From the NCBI RefSeq assembly GCF_006345805.1, contig NC_043002.1, positions 28,520,001 through 28,584,000 on the forward strand: DNA of 64,000 bases, written 5' to 3'. The first letter of the stretch is position 1. Every line of letters starts with the position of its first letter. The notes beneath the pieces were generated by a model. That model saw only the letters and a program-made list of their open reading frames with translations. It did no database searches and was not told the DNA's origin. The translations under genes and the position numbers were made by a program. The DNA comes from Octopus sinensis. Lineage: Eukaryota. Of this stretch, positions 42,360 to 55,454 are shown in pieces.

Positions 42360-44090
42360 TGATGTATGTATGTATGTATGTATGTATATATATGTGTGAA
42401 TGTTGAGTGTGCGTGTGTGTGTGTGTTGTGTTGTAGAAGACTGAAAAATGCATGCATTCGCTGTCCGTTTAATATTATACAATTCACAGATCCAGTCATT
42501 TGGTAAGTGGAATCTACAAGCGGAAGGAACTATATATGATTACGAAGGGTCTCTGCTTCTCTTTTGTTTCAACTCTCCTTACTACAATGACATGTCCGTC
42601 TTCATCAAGGAACAAACTGCTTGACCAAGGCGGCCAAGTGGCACAGTCGTTAGAGCATCTGATAGATTGCTTTGTTGAAATTGTTCTGCAGAGATCAGTT
42701 TTGTTTTTTATCCTATCAAGATTGATATGTGTAATACAAGTCCTGATTGGAGTCGATTCTTATCTACCTTTAACTCTTTCTGTTTCTCGTCTTCTTGCAG
42801 AAATTGGCTGTACTTATACCTGGATTGTTACGGACACTCTAAATCCTAAAATAGCCAAGACACCCCGCATCTCAAAACGGCGCCTTTACAGATCTATCAA
42901 GGAATTAAGGACCCAAGATATAGCTAAAAAATGAAAAACATTTTGCACAAATTCTTATTAGAATTTAGACTAAATTATTTCACTTGTCCCAAGATGTGAA
43001 GTAAGCCGATTGTATCGTACTGACAGGAAACGAATTTCAGTCCCAATTTGAATCGGCATTTTATGTGCAAAAGTTTGTAGTCATTTTAAAGATGTAAAGA
43101 AACCAAAAGGTGAGTAGCACCGCAGGTGAAAGGAATCTATTAAAAGGAACACCATCTTTGAAATTTCTAATGCACAGCACAACGTTTTAAGCAACAAGAA
43201 TAAATATTCTTAGTAATTTTATTCATTTTCAACCCCCGTCTTATCTGATTTCAGTAATTACATCCAGCTTTGATTATGAACGACATAACTTTGAATTGGT
43301 ACAAATATAAATCTCCTTTGATTATAAGCCTAACTGAAGGGACATGTGTGACATAATATATAAGTATTATTCATAAACGCATATACATATATATATATAC
43401 AAAGGATCATAAGTTACCTGCTCCAGAAGTGAGGCAATATATGATAGAGTATTCTTGCCAGAAAGGCAGCAGATTTAACTAATGACTTATGTGCAGATAG
43501 TCGGATGTGATGATGGTAGTCTCTCGTAGTACAAGAATGATGATCCTGCAATTTCTTGCTGAACAACCTGTTCAAATAATTCATTTATATTGATCAAATG
43601 TATGTGTTGTACATTTGCTTACTCTCTCCGTCAAATCAACCACACGTCAAGTTTTGAAGCGATCGCAGAGTAATGTGAGATGAAGTACTTTATTCAAGAA
43701 CACGATTCACTACCCGGTCCAGGAATTGAAACCACGATCTTGCGATCGTGAGTGCACTAGGTCAAGTGCCCTCACATAGTCTGATATACTATCTACACAA
43801 CCACCTGACTTCCCCTACTTAGTTATTGAGAATGAAAGGGATGTTAAAAAAGAGCAATAATGATTTTAGGTAGCTAAATAGGGAGACAAGTATTTGATAA
43901 TGTAATAAAGACTTCGTCTCTCCAAGGAGTAGGGCTATTTGTTTGTCATCCTCAGCCTCGCTGAATCTGGAGCTAAGAACTGGCTGTATGGGAGCCTGCA
44001 GTATTTACCGACATCACTAGATTAGCAATCGTTTATTTCAGAAATGTCATTTATTAAATTATAAATCTATAGATGTATTCCGAACAAATA

Positions 44091-44103
44091 CCAGCAGGTG
44101 GCG
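44091..44103 (+). promoter_or_regulatory. CTCF-like core motif
   Basis: CCAGCAGGTGGCG matches the consensus CCASYAGRKGGCR exactly and lies in unique sequence. Confidence 0.4.
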
Positions 44104-44236
44104 ATGACATCAAAGCCTTGCTATATTAAGTATCGATCAGTTATTCCTTTGACTGTCTTTTTTTTTTAGAAAAAAGATCATTCTTCTGCTGTTTGTTTCT
44201 TAAATTCCTACATATATACATACGTACATTCTGTAT

Positions 44237-44270
<34 letters not shown>

Positions 44271-45527
44271 ATGTGTATGTGCGTTTTCTCTTAGCACACA
44301 ATTCTTTCTTTATTCCTTTTAAGATAATGATGTAATTATTTGGTTTAAATTTAAACAGTGAGAGAAAAAAAAAAAGCAAAGAATATTCGTAAATGGATGT
44401 TGAAAGCTCCGTAAAATACTTGGTAGATTTTGCTTTGTATTTAGACCCTGAGGCATTAAGAGACGGGAGAGAGAAAAAAAACAAAACAACAGGAAACCAA
44501 CAGCAACCAGAGCAACAACAATTACAACAAAGCGTAATAGCAAACAAAACTGAGAAACGTACAACAGAAAAAAAAAACTGAAGTTAGAATTATATATTAT
44601 CAGGTTAATTAGAAAAATTGTGTTCATTGAAGTGTATATAGCAGATTACGAATGATCTGTTAAACAAGACAATCAGATCTTTAAATGACATTCATTGGTG
44701 CATTACACACGTAATTGCTCACAAGTTACCTTTTAAGGAATAGATAGGCATATTTAACACAGAGACACATACTGGACTTACTAGCAACCCTCTAAAGAGA
44801 ACAGAATATAATTGATCAACCTTGATTGAATTCTAATCAATTTCCTGATTAAATTAAATTTTTTCTCTAATTTTTAATTTTTATTTTTACTTGTTTTTCT
44901 ATTTTAATTTTTTCATTTCTTTGTTTTCACATTTTATTTTCTTTTCTCTTTCTCTTTTTTTTTCCGTAATAGGTTTTCTGGTCTGCGGAATCAGCATTTT
45001 ACCAAATGAATCGAAAATAAAAATCTCACCAATAGTACTTGCTGTATATAATTGGATTAGATCTTAGTTTGTCTTTATCTTTCATTCGTTTTTATCTGTA
45101 TTTATGGTGAGGCTGGCACGCACTGATACAGCAATTTTCAATGCAGTAAAACATTGGCAACGAGGAGAGCTGTTGCAGTGTAAGTTTATTTCAAGACAGC
45201 AACATGGGTGAATTAATTGCAACTAGATTAAGTGCAGCAATAGCAGCAACAACAACAGAAACAACAGCAACAACAAATAAAAGATGCAGTTTTAAATTAA
45301 TATTATCATGTCGAAAGTAACAGGATATAATTGATCCAAAGTGTATCGATTATAAGATGTACGAAAAACTGGCGATGGATTTGTTCTTTTCTTGTCGTTT
45401 TGTTGTTACCTATTTTTATTTTTTGCGCCATTAGTGTGAAGAGGAGAGACAGAGCTTAGAGCTTAGAGCCTGGAGCCTGGCGAGGCCTTCTTCAGCGGAA
45501 AGAAACGGATAATTGAGAACTAATATA

Positions 45528-45743
45528 TAAGCTTTTCTACTACAGGTACAAGGTCTGAGATTTGAGGGGAGGGAGCTAGTCGATTATATCAACCTCAGTA
45601 CTTGACTAAGTACTTATTTCATCGACTCCGAAAGGATGAAAGACAAAGTCAACCTCGGTAGAATGTAAGCTCAGAGTGTAAAGTCGAACGAAATACCGCT
45701 AAGACTTTGTCCGGCAAGAAAACGATTCTGCCAGCTCACCACC
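45528..45743 (-). mobile_element. Family-1 SINE, tail type B
   Basis: ttttctactacaggtacaaggtctgagattt...cgaaaggatgaaagacaaagtcaacctcgg...cgaaataccgctaag...aacgattctgccagctcacc. Confidence 0.85.
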
Positions 45744-45984
45744 AGAAAGCTAGTAAATAATAACATTGATATTCAATGTGTAGTTTTATATATCACGGAT
45801 TTAAAGGGGTAGAAAAAAAAAAGAGGACAAGAAAGGTTCGATTCAGTGATTTAGGAGAGGATCTGGGATGAGGCGAAATGCAAAGTGGAAGAAAGATGAG
45901 AGACGTGTGTGAAGATAACGGGTTTACGGAGATGGTTAATGGTATTATGGAAAGGTGTTTGTAGTTATCATAATAGTGGGGGGA

Positions 45985-46765
45985 TCTGGCAGCGGTGAGT
46001 GGAGTGAGGTGGAGAGGTGAGGTGGAGGGGTGAAGTGGAGGGTTGAGGTAGAAGGGCTGATGGGGGTGAGGTGGTGGTGGTGGTGGTGCTGCTGCTGCGG
46101 CTGCGGCTACAGGTAATGCTGGTGGCGGTAGTTAAGGTGGTGGTGGTAGAGAAGGCGGTGGTGGCGGTAGTGGTTGTGGTGGTGATTGAGGTAGTCCCGT
46201 AGTAGAGATTATGGTGTCAGCGTTTGTTTGTAGTAGTGATGATTGTTGTGATGGTTGTGATGATGCTTTCGAAGGTGGTTGCAGTGATGTAAGCGGCTGT
46301 AGTGTCGATGGATGTGGTAATGGTTGTAGTCGTGGTAGTTGTGGTGCTGATGTTTGTAGTGATGGGTGTTGAGTGGGTTGTGGTGATGGGAAAGAAAATG
46401 AGGATGATATTTGTCATGGTGATGGTGGGTGTATGGTGGCGGTGGTGGCGGTGAGGAGGGGGCGACAGTAGCAGTGGCGGCGGCGGTGGTAGTGGTGGTG
46501 ACGACGATGATGTTGGTGATGGCGGCTGTGATGGTGGTGGCGGCAGCGGTGGTGGTGGCGATGGTGGTGGTGGTGACGGCGGTGGTCGTAGCGGCAGCGG
46601 TGATAGCGGCGGCGATGAAAACGGAGGCGGTAGTAGTGGTGCTGATGCTGGTAGTGGTACTGGTGCTGGTGGTAGTGGCGATGTTGGTAGTGATAGTGGA
46701 TGTAGCATTGGTGGCGATGACGGCAGTATTAGTGGTAATGTTGGCCGTAATGGTGTTGTGGTGAT
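45985..46765. repeat. Degenerate (GGT/GGC)n low-complexity tract
   Basis: Seen directly; produces spurious T/A/P/V-rich ORFs. Confidence 0.8.
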
Positions 46766-48757
46766 AATGATGGCCAAAACGTTCCGTCCAGACCTCCCAA
46801 AATATGTTCACGTAGGACTACATTACCACATTAGAGAATGTCTCCGTTTTTAACGAGGTAGACTGAAAGAGATTTGGGTGTTGTTTCAAGAGGTATAGAC
46901 GACCATAAATATATATATATTATATTGATATATATATATATATATATAAGAAAAGGATACAAAACGGAGACAACAAAACATCCAGACAGATTATAGAAAA
47001 AATGGGACAAGAAAAAGCATGGACGGGTCATTCGAAGTTTTCTTTCCTCAGTCGAGTTCCAGATTGTCTTTGCAATTTCGGCTGGTTGTACTCGAGATTG
47101 CTCCAATCTGGCCAGCCCCGAGGAAAAAATAAGCTAAGAGCGTTAGATTCCTTGGAAGGAGGCAGCGAATGTATAAGGACGGGGAAAAAAAAACGGAGAA
47201 ATTAAGCTGGCGTGTATGAAAGTGAAGCCTTACGGCAAGGACATACGATATGATAGACATAGAGAGGAATATAGATGTTGCACGGATGGTAGTCGAACCA
47301 AGAAAAAACGTCATGCTTGGCCGGTGCATGAGTTCAAATCCTCTTGTGGATGAAATGTTTTACGTGTGGTCTATACCTCTTTTTTCAGTCATTTGACTGC
47401 GACCATGGTGGAGCACACGTAGAAACTTATGTTACACCTACACTACATCCAAATATAGAATTCCAACTTATCTATGTCAATCTTTCAGATACTCGCAGAT
47501 TCCCAAACAACTCACAGAAGTATGAATATGAAAGCCACATAAAAACATATATGGAGTCGCACATCTTTTTCATAGATTCATTATCTCATTTGTAAAATTG
47601 ACCAAGTTTCAAATCAGCTGGTGTTCATTTTATGTAACTAACCTCTAAAGAATATTATAGGAATCTTTTTATTCTCTCACTAACATCTAATTGCATGTTG
47701 AAAAGCAGAGTTTGTGGTACTAGCGATTGTCTAAATCAAAATTTAGTAATATTGATGATTTTTGATAAGTTGGTATGCCTGGGGCAGAAAAAGATATGGA
47801 TTATACCTTCCATGCTGGTATGGCCACAACCAGTAATTATTTCTCACAACGTGGAGGTCTAGCAGTGTCATTATTTCCCATGTTTATCAAATATTTAGAA
47901 ACTATCACCTGTTCATAGATAACAAATGCGTAGCCTTCTAGGTGAGATGTGATGTGGTTTTTGCAAATCCAGAAGAGGCTACTTTTCTTGTCAGTTGCAA
48001 TGATTCAGTACTAATCATTAAAAACCGAGAGGAAATAAATTCATTCTATAACAAATATGCTTTATAATTCAAATTTCACTTTATTTCTTTTATTCACATT
48101 TGTAAAATAAATAAATATATATATATACAGTATTTGCAAGAGGTAGAGAAGGCGGATTCAATAAAATTCCGTAGATGATACTTTATGATTTCTTAAAAAG
48201 AAAAAAAAAATCGGCCCAAATCTATGTACTTCTACAAGAGAACCGTTTTATTTTAATCTAATGTAAAGTTAAAAATGAAAGAATTTGTTTTTTATCCCAT
48301 TAAGATGATAGACACTTAACTTTTAATGGAGACACAGCAACGCATATCTGCTGAGCAGTTTTCTGGTCGTACATTGTTTGTTCTATTCAATGAAGTAGCG
48401 CAATGATCTGTCAGGTAGTTTCGCAATTGCAGTGATAATCGTTCAAGCCAAAAACTGTTTTAATTATGCTATAGAATGATGAAGAACACATCGAAACACA
48501 TTGGAACTGCCATCTGTGAAATTGGAAAGCAATTTATGTTGAAATGATAAATAAGTAGCTTTTGTCTTCTCTCTTTTCACTTTTCCACTTCATCATCACT
48601 TTTATACACAACCGCACACAGACACCCAATGCAGTACCTTTCAGAGAACCCAGATACCCACCACTGCTCTATTGAAAAGCGCGCTCACACACACACAAAC
48701 ATACACAGACACAGACACGGACACACAGACACGGACACACACACACACACATCCACG

Positions 48758-48798
<41 letters not shown>

Positions 48799-49904
48799 TA
48801 TATATATAATAATTATTATATCGCTCTACACATTCTATTTTAAGTTCACACAGACATACATATACGCGACGCTCTATACTGGCAAACAGTTTTCAACATA
48901 CACTGTTTTTGCATAAACATACGCATATACATACTCTTCTTCAGTTGCTCACACTCTCATGCAATACAAGCATATGAACACACACATTCTCTAACTCACT
49001 CTTGTAGAACCCCTGCTACATGTCACACAATTATACCCTTCGACATAGAATACATATGCATTTCTGTGTCTTTTACCCATACACTCAAATTTTTCTACAG
49101 CAACATACATACACACATATTTACATGTATGTATTTTTCTTCTTCTTCTCCTCCTCCTCCTTCTTCTCTTCCTCCTCCTTCTTCTACTCCTCCTCATTAT
49201 TATTTTTCTTTTCCTCCTCCTCCTCCTTCTTCTTTTTCTTCTTCTTTCCTACCAAGAATTCACGACGACCTCGAACCCACAAGAGTAAACAAGAGATACA
49301 GAGACAGGCAGAAATAAGGAAGATACCCCTTGTATTTAAATACCATGCAAATATTCTTTTAAAAAACTTTTTCAATTTTTCCAAAATTTAATTGTTTTCT
49401 ATACTTACGGTTGAAAGAGTCTCAATGACTGAAACCGGTAATGAAATGTTTTTTATAAAATTATTTTACCATTTTCTACGTTCACTTTTGCTTTCCAAAT
49501 ATATATATGAATGCGTGTATTGTGTCAGAGTATATGTTAGTGCGCATGTATGTTTATTGATTTACTATTTTACTTGTTTCAAGCGTGTACGCCTATAGCT
49601 ATGCTGGAGCGCACCATTAATGCTGCTGAACCGATATGTATGCATAATTTGGCGTAAATGTCTGTATATATACATCCACGTGTACATGCTTGTATACACT
49701 GTATACGTTGAATCCCTCTCTCATATATATATATTTGTGCATGTTTGTGCTTGTATATAAATGTGAGTGTATATCTATTTTTCTACGTGGTGATTTATCA
49801 ATATACATGTTATTGATGTATGTCTATGTGCATGCATGTATGTATGTATGTACGTACGCCTTTTTGTAAGCTTCGATGTATAACTATATTTGAAAATATA
49901 TGTA

Positions 49905-50207
49905 CCTATTTAACATTGTCCCGAGGGAGATCAAAGAGGAAAAGGATCCCATCAACTTTAAACAGAGTCTGGATAGATTCCTTCAAAGAATACCAGATAA
50001 GCCACCCATAATTGGATACAACTCACCCAACAAGAACTAACTACTTGAACAAAACTGGATACAACTCACCCAACAAGAACTCACTACTTGAACAAAACTT
50101 GACTTAAACAGGATTCGAATAATCCTATCAGGTGGTGCTATTAAGTTAGACATGGCCTGGACCAATCTCTGGTCGAAACGTATCTAAGTTTTATCTAAGT
50201 TTTATAT
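49905..50207 (+). mobile_element. CR1-like LINE 3' fragment with an internal ~43-bp tandem duplication
   Basis: FNIVPREIKEEKDPINFKQSLDRFLQRIPDKP..GYNS; ggatacaactcacccaacaagaact.actacttgaacaaaact twice; same 3' UTR as 9201-9281 with a tatctaagtt tail repeat. Confidence 0.85.
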
Positions 50208-50567
50208 GTCTGCGTAAGTTTAAGTTTGTAGGAATACGTTGTTGGGCATGAATGTATGTACGTGTGTATGTATGAGTGTATTTATGTATATCTGGAAGTA
50301 TGGTGTGCATATATATATATTAGATAGAAAGACAGATAGACAGACAGACAAGCAAACAGACAGACAGGCAGACAGGCAGACAGCAAACAGGCAGACGGGC
50401 AGACAGGCAGACAGACAGGCAGGCAGGCAGATGCATACATAATTACATGTATGTGTCGGAGTATATGCAAGTATGCAAGGGTAGAAGTTGTATACGCATT
50501 ACCAGAATGAAAATAAGAACACAGTAGGAAGAAAAAGACATCAACAAAAATAAGAACTACCACCACG

Positions 50568-50661
<94 letters not shown>

Positions 50662-52947
50662 TATTTAGCAAATCTTAACCGGAACACAGAACTCTTGCTC
50701 TCCCTCCTATTCCCTCTCCCTTTTTTCAGTCGACAATTACATTTTATCTCCAAAATGGATTCTTGTATTTTAAAATTAATCAAAGTTTTACAGGTGTTAG
50801 TGTCAACTGAGAAGAGTTAATGGGATAGTTGATAAGGAAGGAATGACCTTGACAATGGCGGTGATGGTGGTAGCGGTGGTGTTGGTCGTCGTCGTCGTAG
50901 TAGTAGAGGTGGTGGTTGTGGTGGTGATCGTGGTGGTAGTGGTAGGGATGATGGTGATAATGGCGGTGGCAGATGGTAGCAGTGGCGGTAGCATTTTCGG
51001 TGACGGTGGTGGTAGCGTTGGTTGTAGTGGTGAGAGTGGTAGTAGTAGCAATGGTAGTGTTGGTGGTGTTTGTGGTGATAATGGTAGTAGTAATGAAGAG
51101 GATTGGCAGTGGTGTTGTGATAAAAGTAGTGATAGTAGTTATGATGGTGGTGGTGGTCATAGTTATGGTGGTGGTGGTGGTGAGAATGATGATGGTGGTA
51201 GAGATGCTGGTAATTTTGGCTTTCTAGTGCTTGCTTTTCTTTTCCTTTTTTTTGCATTGTGATCCCATATCCTTACAATGGCACTGAATATGATAATTTG
51301 CATCCTTCCTATTTCATTTAATGACAGAATATGATTTGAGACAGATTCGATTGCTATTTCTAGCAGGTCAGGTCAGAGGTTCTGTGGAGTGGTTCGGTAA
51401 AGACGCCATAAAGCACAAGGCGTTTTGCAAATGATAAAGCTTGTAAATCTCGTTTCGATTTTGGTTGCAATATAAGCTGGTGCCAGTGTCTGTGGCGGCT
51501 CTTGCAGAAGTATTGGTTGTAGTGCGCGGTGTTAGAAGTGACATCCTTGTAATAGTGGACGCTGGTGATACTGATAGTAGTCATGGTTGTCTTTTGCGTT
51601 GCTAATGGTAACAATGATGGTAACATAATGGCTTTGGTGTTGCTAATGGTGATGGTAATTTTGATGGTAATGTAGTGGGGACGGTATCGGTGGTACTGAT
51701 GACCTTCATGATGATGATGATCGTGATGATGATGATGATGATGGTGATGATAATCAGGGCGTTAGTAGTGGTAATGGTAATTTCAATGAGGACGAGGGTA
51801 GTATGTTATTTTAATGTTTGTATCGATGGAAATATCGAAGATGGGTGGTGGAAAAGGGCAAGGGTTTTGGCAGTGGCCGCCGTCATCGTCATGGTTGACG
51901 TTAGCCGTGTTAACATTATCTTAAAAGTTGGTGGTGTTGATATGGCTCATGGTGACTGTAGGGTTTGCAGTCAGTTATCATAATGGTGGTGGTGGTGGTG
52001 GCGGTGGTGGCGGTGGCGGAAGTGATGCTGTTCGTAATGATGGTCCTGCTGCTGCTGTTGTTGTTGTTGTTGTGGTGGTGGTGATGGTGCAACTAAGCGC
52101 GGGGTTAGTATTTTTCAGGGTACGGTGTTACGTTGTGTGAGTGGATGGTAACGTTGGATAGAGTAAAGAAAAATTTGAAAAAAAAAAAAAAAGTACAAAA
52201 AGGAACAGAGGGAGAGGAACAGGAGCAGAGGTAAGATGAAGAGGAAGAAGAGGAGAAAGAGGTAGATGAGAATAAGGAGGAGGAGGAGGAGGAGGAAAAT
52301 ATGAAGGAAACGTCGAAATTTCGCTTTGTTAAATAACATAATTGAAGAATGAAGTACTTTGGCAACCCTTTTAAGTTATTGTACACAACCATCAACAACA
52401 ACAACATCAAGAACAACACCATCGTTAACAACAACAACAGTTCTATTATAATAATGAAGAAAAAACATTTTTCTCTCTTTTTTTTATAGTTCAATTTTTT
52501 AAAAATCTTATTTCGTTTTTTTAAATGCATAAATAGAGGCAGAAAAATGCTGTTTGATGCTTCTGTTTCTTCTCTTCTTTTTAAATTTAAACTTGAATAA
52601 AAAAAAAAAATTTAAACTGCCAAAATGAAATAGGAACGAAAAAAATGAAAAGAGACAAGAGACAACGGTTCCCTAACATATGTGAAAAGACAAATAATGA
52701 GGAAATAATACAACTCAAATCAAAGAAACAATACAATTTAATAATAGAGAAATTTTTTAAAGTGAAGCGTAAAATTTCAAATTAAAATCTTTTTACAATC
52801 AGTCTGACTGATTGACTGTCTGTCGGACTGTCGGCCTGTGAGTCGGTACGTCTGTGCAACTGTCTGGCTGAATGGCAGGCAGAAATGTTAAACAACTAGA
52901 AAATGGCATGCTTACATACATACATACATAAAGGTCTCAGTGTATGT

Positions 52948-52988
<41 letters not shown>

Positions 52989-53006
52989 CACACACACATA
53001 CATACT

Positions 53007-53038
<32 letters not shown>

Positions 53039-53249
53039 ATATATATACACACACACATATACATACATATATATATATAAGTATGTATATGTATGTGTGT
53101 ATGTATGTATATACACGTATGTAGTTACACATATATATACACACATACACACAGTGGCATGTTTATAGCAATTAGAAAATTATACATGTATGACTGTGCA
53201 TGCGTGTGTGTGTGTATGTATATGTGTGTACGTATGTATAAGAATACCA

Positions 53250-53296
<47 letters not shown>

Positions 53297-53548
53297 TGTA
53301 TTTATGTATGCGTGTCTGTGTGTGCATGTATCTGTGTATGTATGCTTATATATGTATTTATACGCATGTATGTTATTACTCAGTTTATTTCAAGATTTCT
53401 TGCCAATAGAGAAAGAACCGATTTCTAACCTACATCCAAGTTTCCTTCATTGGAATTTCAACATCAACAACAAAGTATTTTGTTATATGTATGTATTTAT
53501 GTATGTATTTGCAGATTTGTATGTTTAATATCGCAAATCATGAAATCT

Positions 53549-53937
53549 TAGGCGAGCTGGCAGAAACGTTAGCACACCGGGCGAAATGCTTAGCGGTATT
53601 TCGTCTGTCGTTACGTTCTGAGTTCAAATTCCGTCGTGGTTGACTTTGCCTTTCATCCTTTCGGGGTCGATTAAATAAGTACCAGTTACACACTGGGGTC
53701 GATATAATCGACTTAATCCGTTTGTCTGTCCTTGTTTGTCCTCTCTTTGTTTAGCGCCTTGTGGGTAGTAAAGAAATAGGTATTTCTTCTGTCTTTACGT
53801 TCTGAGTTCAAATTCCGCAGAAGTTGGCTTTGACTTTCATTCTTTCGGTGTCAAATTAAGTACCAGTTGCGTATTGAGGTCGATCTAATTGACTAACACC
53901 CTCCCCCAAAATTTCGGGCCTTGTGCCTAGAGTAGAA
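53549..53937 (+). mobile_element. Composite family-1 SINE (tail-A unit joined to a headless tail-B unit)
   Basis: Full head and tail A, junction aagaaatag|gtatttc at 53779/53780, then a second B-box/central domain and ccccaaaatttcgggccttgtgcctagagtagaaa. Confidence 0.92.
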
Positions 53938-54977
53938 AAAAAAGGAAAAGAAAAAAAGCATGAAATCTTAAGATATAGGGTTGTCCGCAATATTTTATAA
54001 ATCCTTTCTGTCCATTTTCCTCGCATACAACCTTGTGGTAATGAAGTAATACAACCAAACGTTAGGATTTGCCAACGAACGAGAGAGTACTTAATATGTG
54101 ATACAGCACACATTGCGTATTAAACTTAACTCCATTCCTTCTCCTAGTCTGTCATTGTGTGTGTCCCCACCACTATTCCTGCCCTATAACGCGCGTCCAT
54201 TACTCCTAGCTCAAAATAAACATCTTCTCCTTCTATCCCTACAATGTGTATGCCCTTCGCCCAGCCCTTCAATAAGAGCCTTTTTACAGCAACATCTAAT
54301 CGTCAACCCCCATTACACCTACTGAAGATTCAGTCGTAGCATTATAATTCCTTTGCGAACAAGAAAGCTATCGTCTCATGATGCTGCATGTCACAAAGTA
54401 AATCTTTTACTGAGCAAGATTTGAAGTGTTTCGCCTCAAGTCATGTGACAGGCTATATCATCCCACGTGTTTCACGCTAAATCCCTATCCAGTCATATCT
54501 TGGATTTTTCTTTTTCCTAGGAATGACCTCACCTGTTCTCTTTATTAATGTCTTGTTTTTAATTGTATTAAGCATATTTGTGAGGTCTCTGATTTTAGCG
54601 TTCCATATAATTGCTTAATTTTCCCAGTGTCTAGTGCTAGAGCTGCTTCCCTTTGGAAAGGGTGTTTTTGTCTTTAAATTGCTTGAATGACGCAATCTGT
54701 TTATTCGAAATTTTTCAACTCAGTTACAGATATGCAACTTTATTATATTACAAATCAATATGTTTCAGCATGCAAATTAGATGATCTCCTCTTACAACTA
54801 GGATGCTTTTATCAGTATATGAGGATGTTCGATTTTAAGTTTAGAATCAGTGTAATTTAGTCACAGTTTCATGTTCGAAAATATAAAAAATTCAAGTATC
54901 TTCAAATATTTGTAAGATTACATAGAAGCCACATTTCAATACTAGGCGACAGAGAACAATGAAAGGGAAGATTGAAC

Positions 54978-55123
54978 AGGCGTGGCTGTGTTGTTATAAG
55001 CATGGTTCCCAACGACATGATTTCGGGTTCAGTTCCACGACGTGACACCTTGACATATTGTCTTCTGCTATAGCCTCGGGCCGAACGTCGCCTTCTGCGT
55101 GGATTAGCTAGACGGAACCTGAA
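54978..55123 (+). mobile_element. Family-2 SINE, 5' half
   Basis: ggcgtggctgtgttg...cgggttcagttccac..tgtcttctgctatagcctcgggccg..tagacggaacctgaa. Confidence 0.8.
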
Positions 55124-55136
55124 TATATATATATAT

Positions 55137-55340
55137 ATATTGTTATATTTCGGAATGGTCATATTGCCAATTTAGCCAATAAAAACACACGCACTATATA
55201 TTTGGTGTTATTTTGCTTCAGTGATGTTTATTTTTTACATTAATCTTAAATATCACTGAAGCAAAATAACACCAAATATATAGTGCGTGTGTTTTTATTG
55301 GCTAAACTGGCAATATGACCATTCCGAAATATAACAATAT
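55137..55340. mobile_element. Near-perfect palindromic MITE (~94-bp arms, 16-nt loop)
   Basis: atattgttatatttcggaatggtcatattgcc...cttcagtgatgttta / taaatatcactgaag...ggcaatatgaccattccgaaatataacaatat; two mismatches seen; sits in (AT)n. Confidence 0.92.
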
Positions 55341-55394
55341 CTGTTTCAACACACGACTTCACATAAAAAATCTTGCACAACAAATATTTAAACG

Positions 55395-55433
<39 letters not shown>

Positions 55434-55454
55434 ATATGTAAGTGTATGTGTTTT

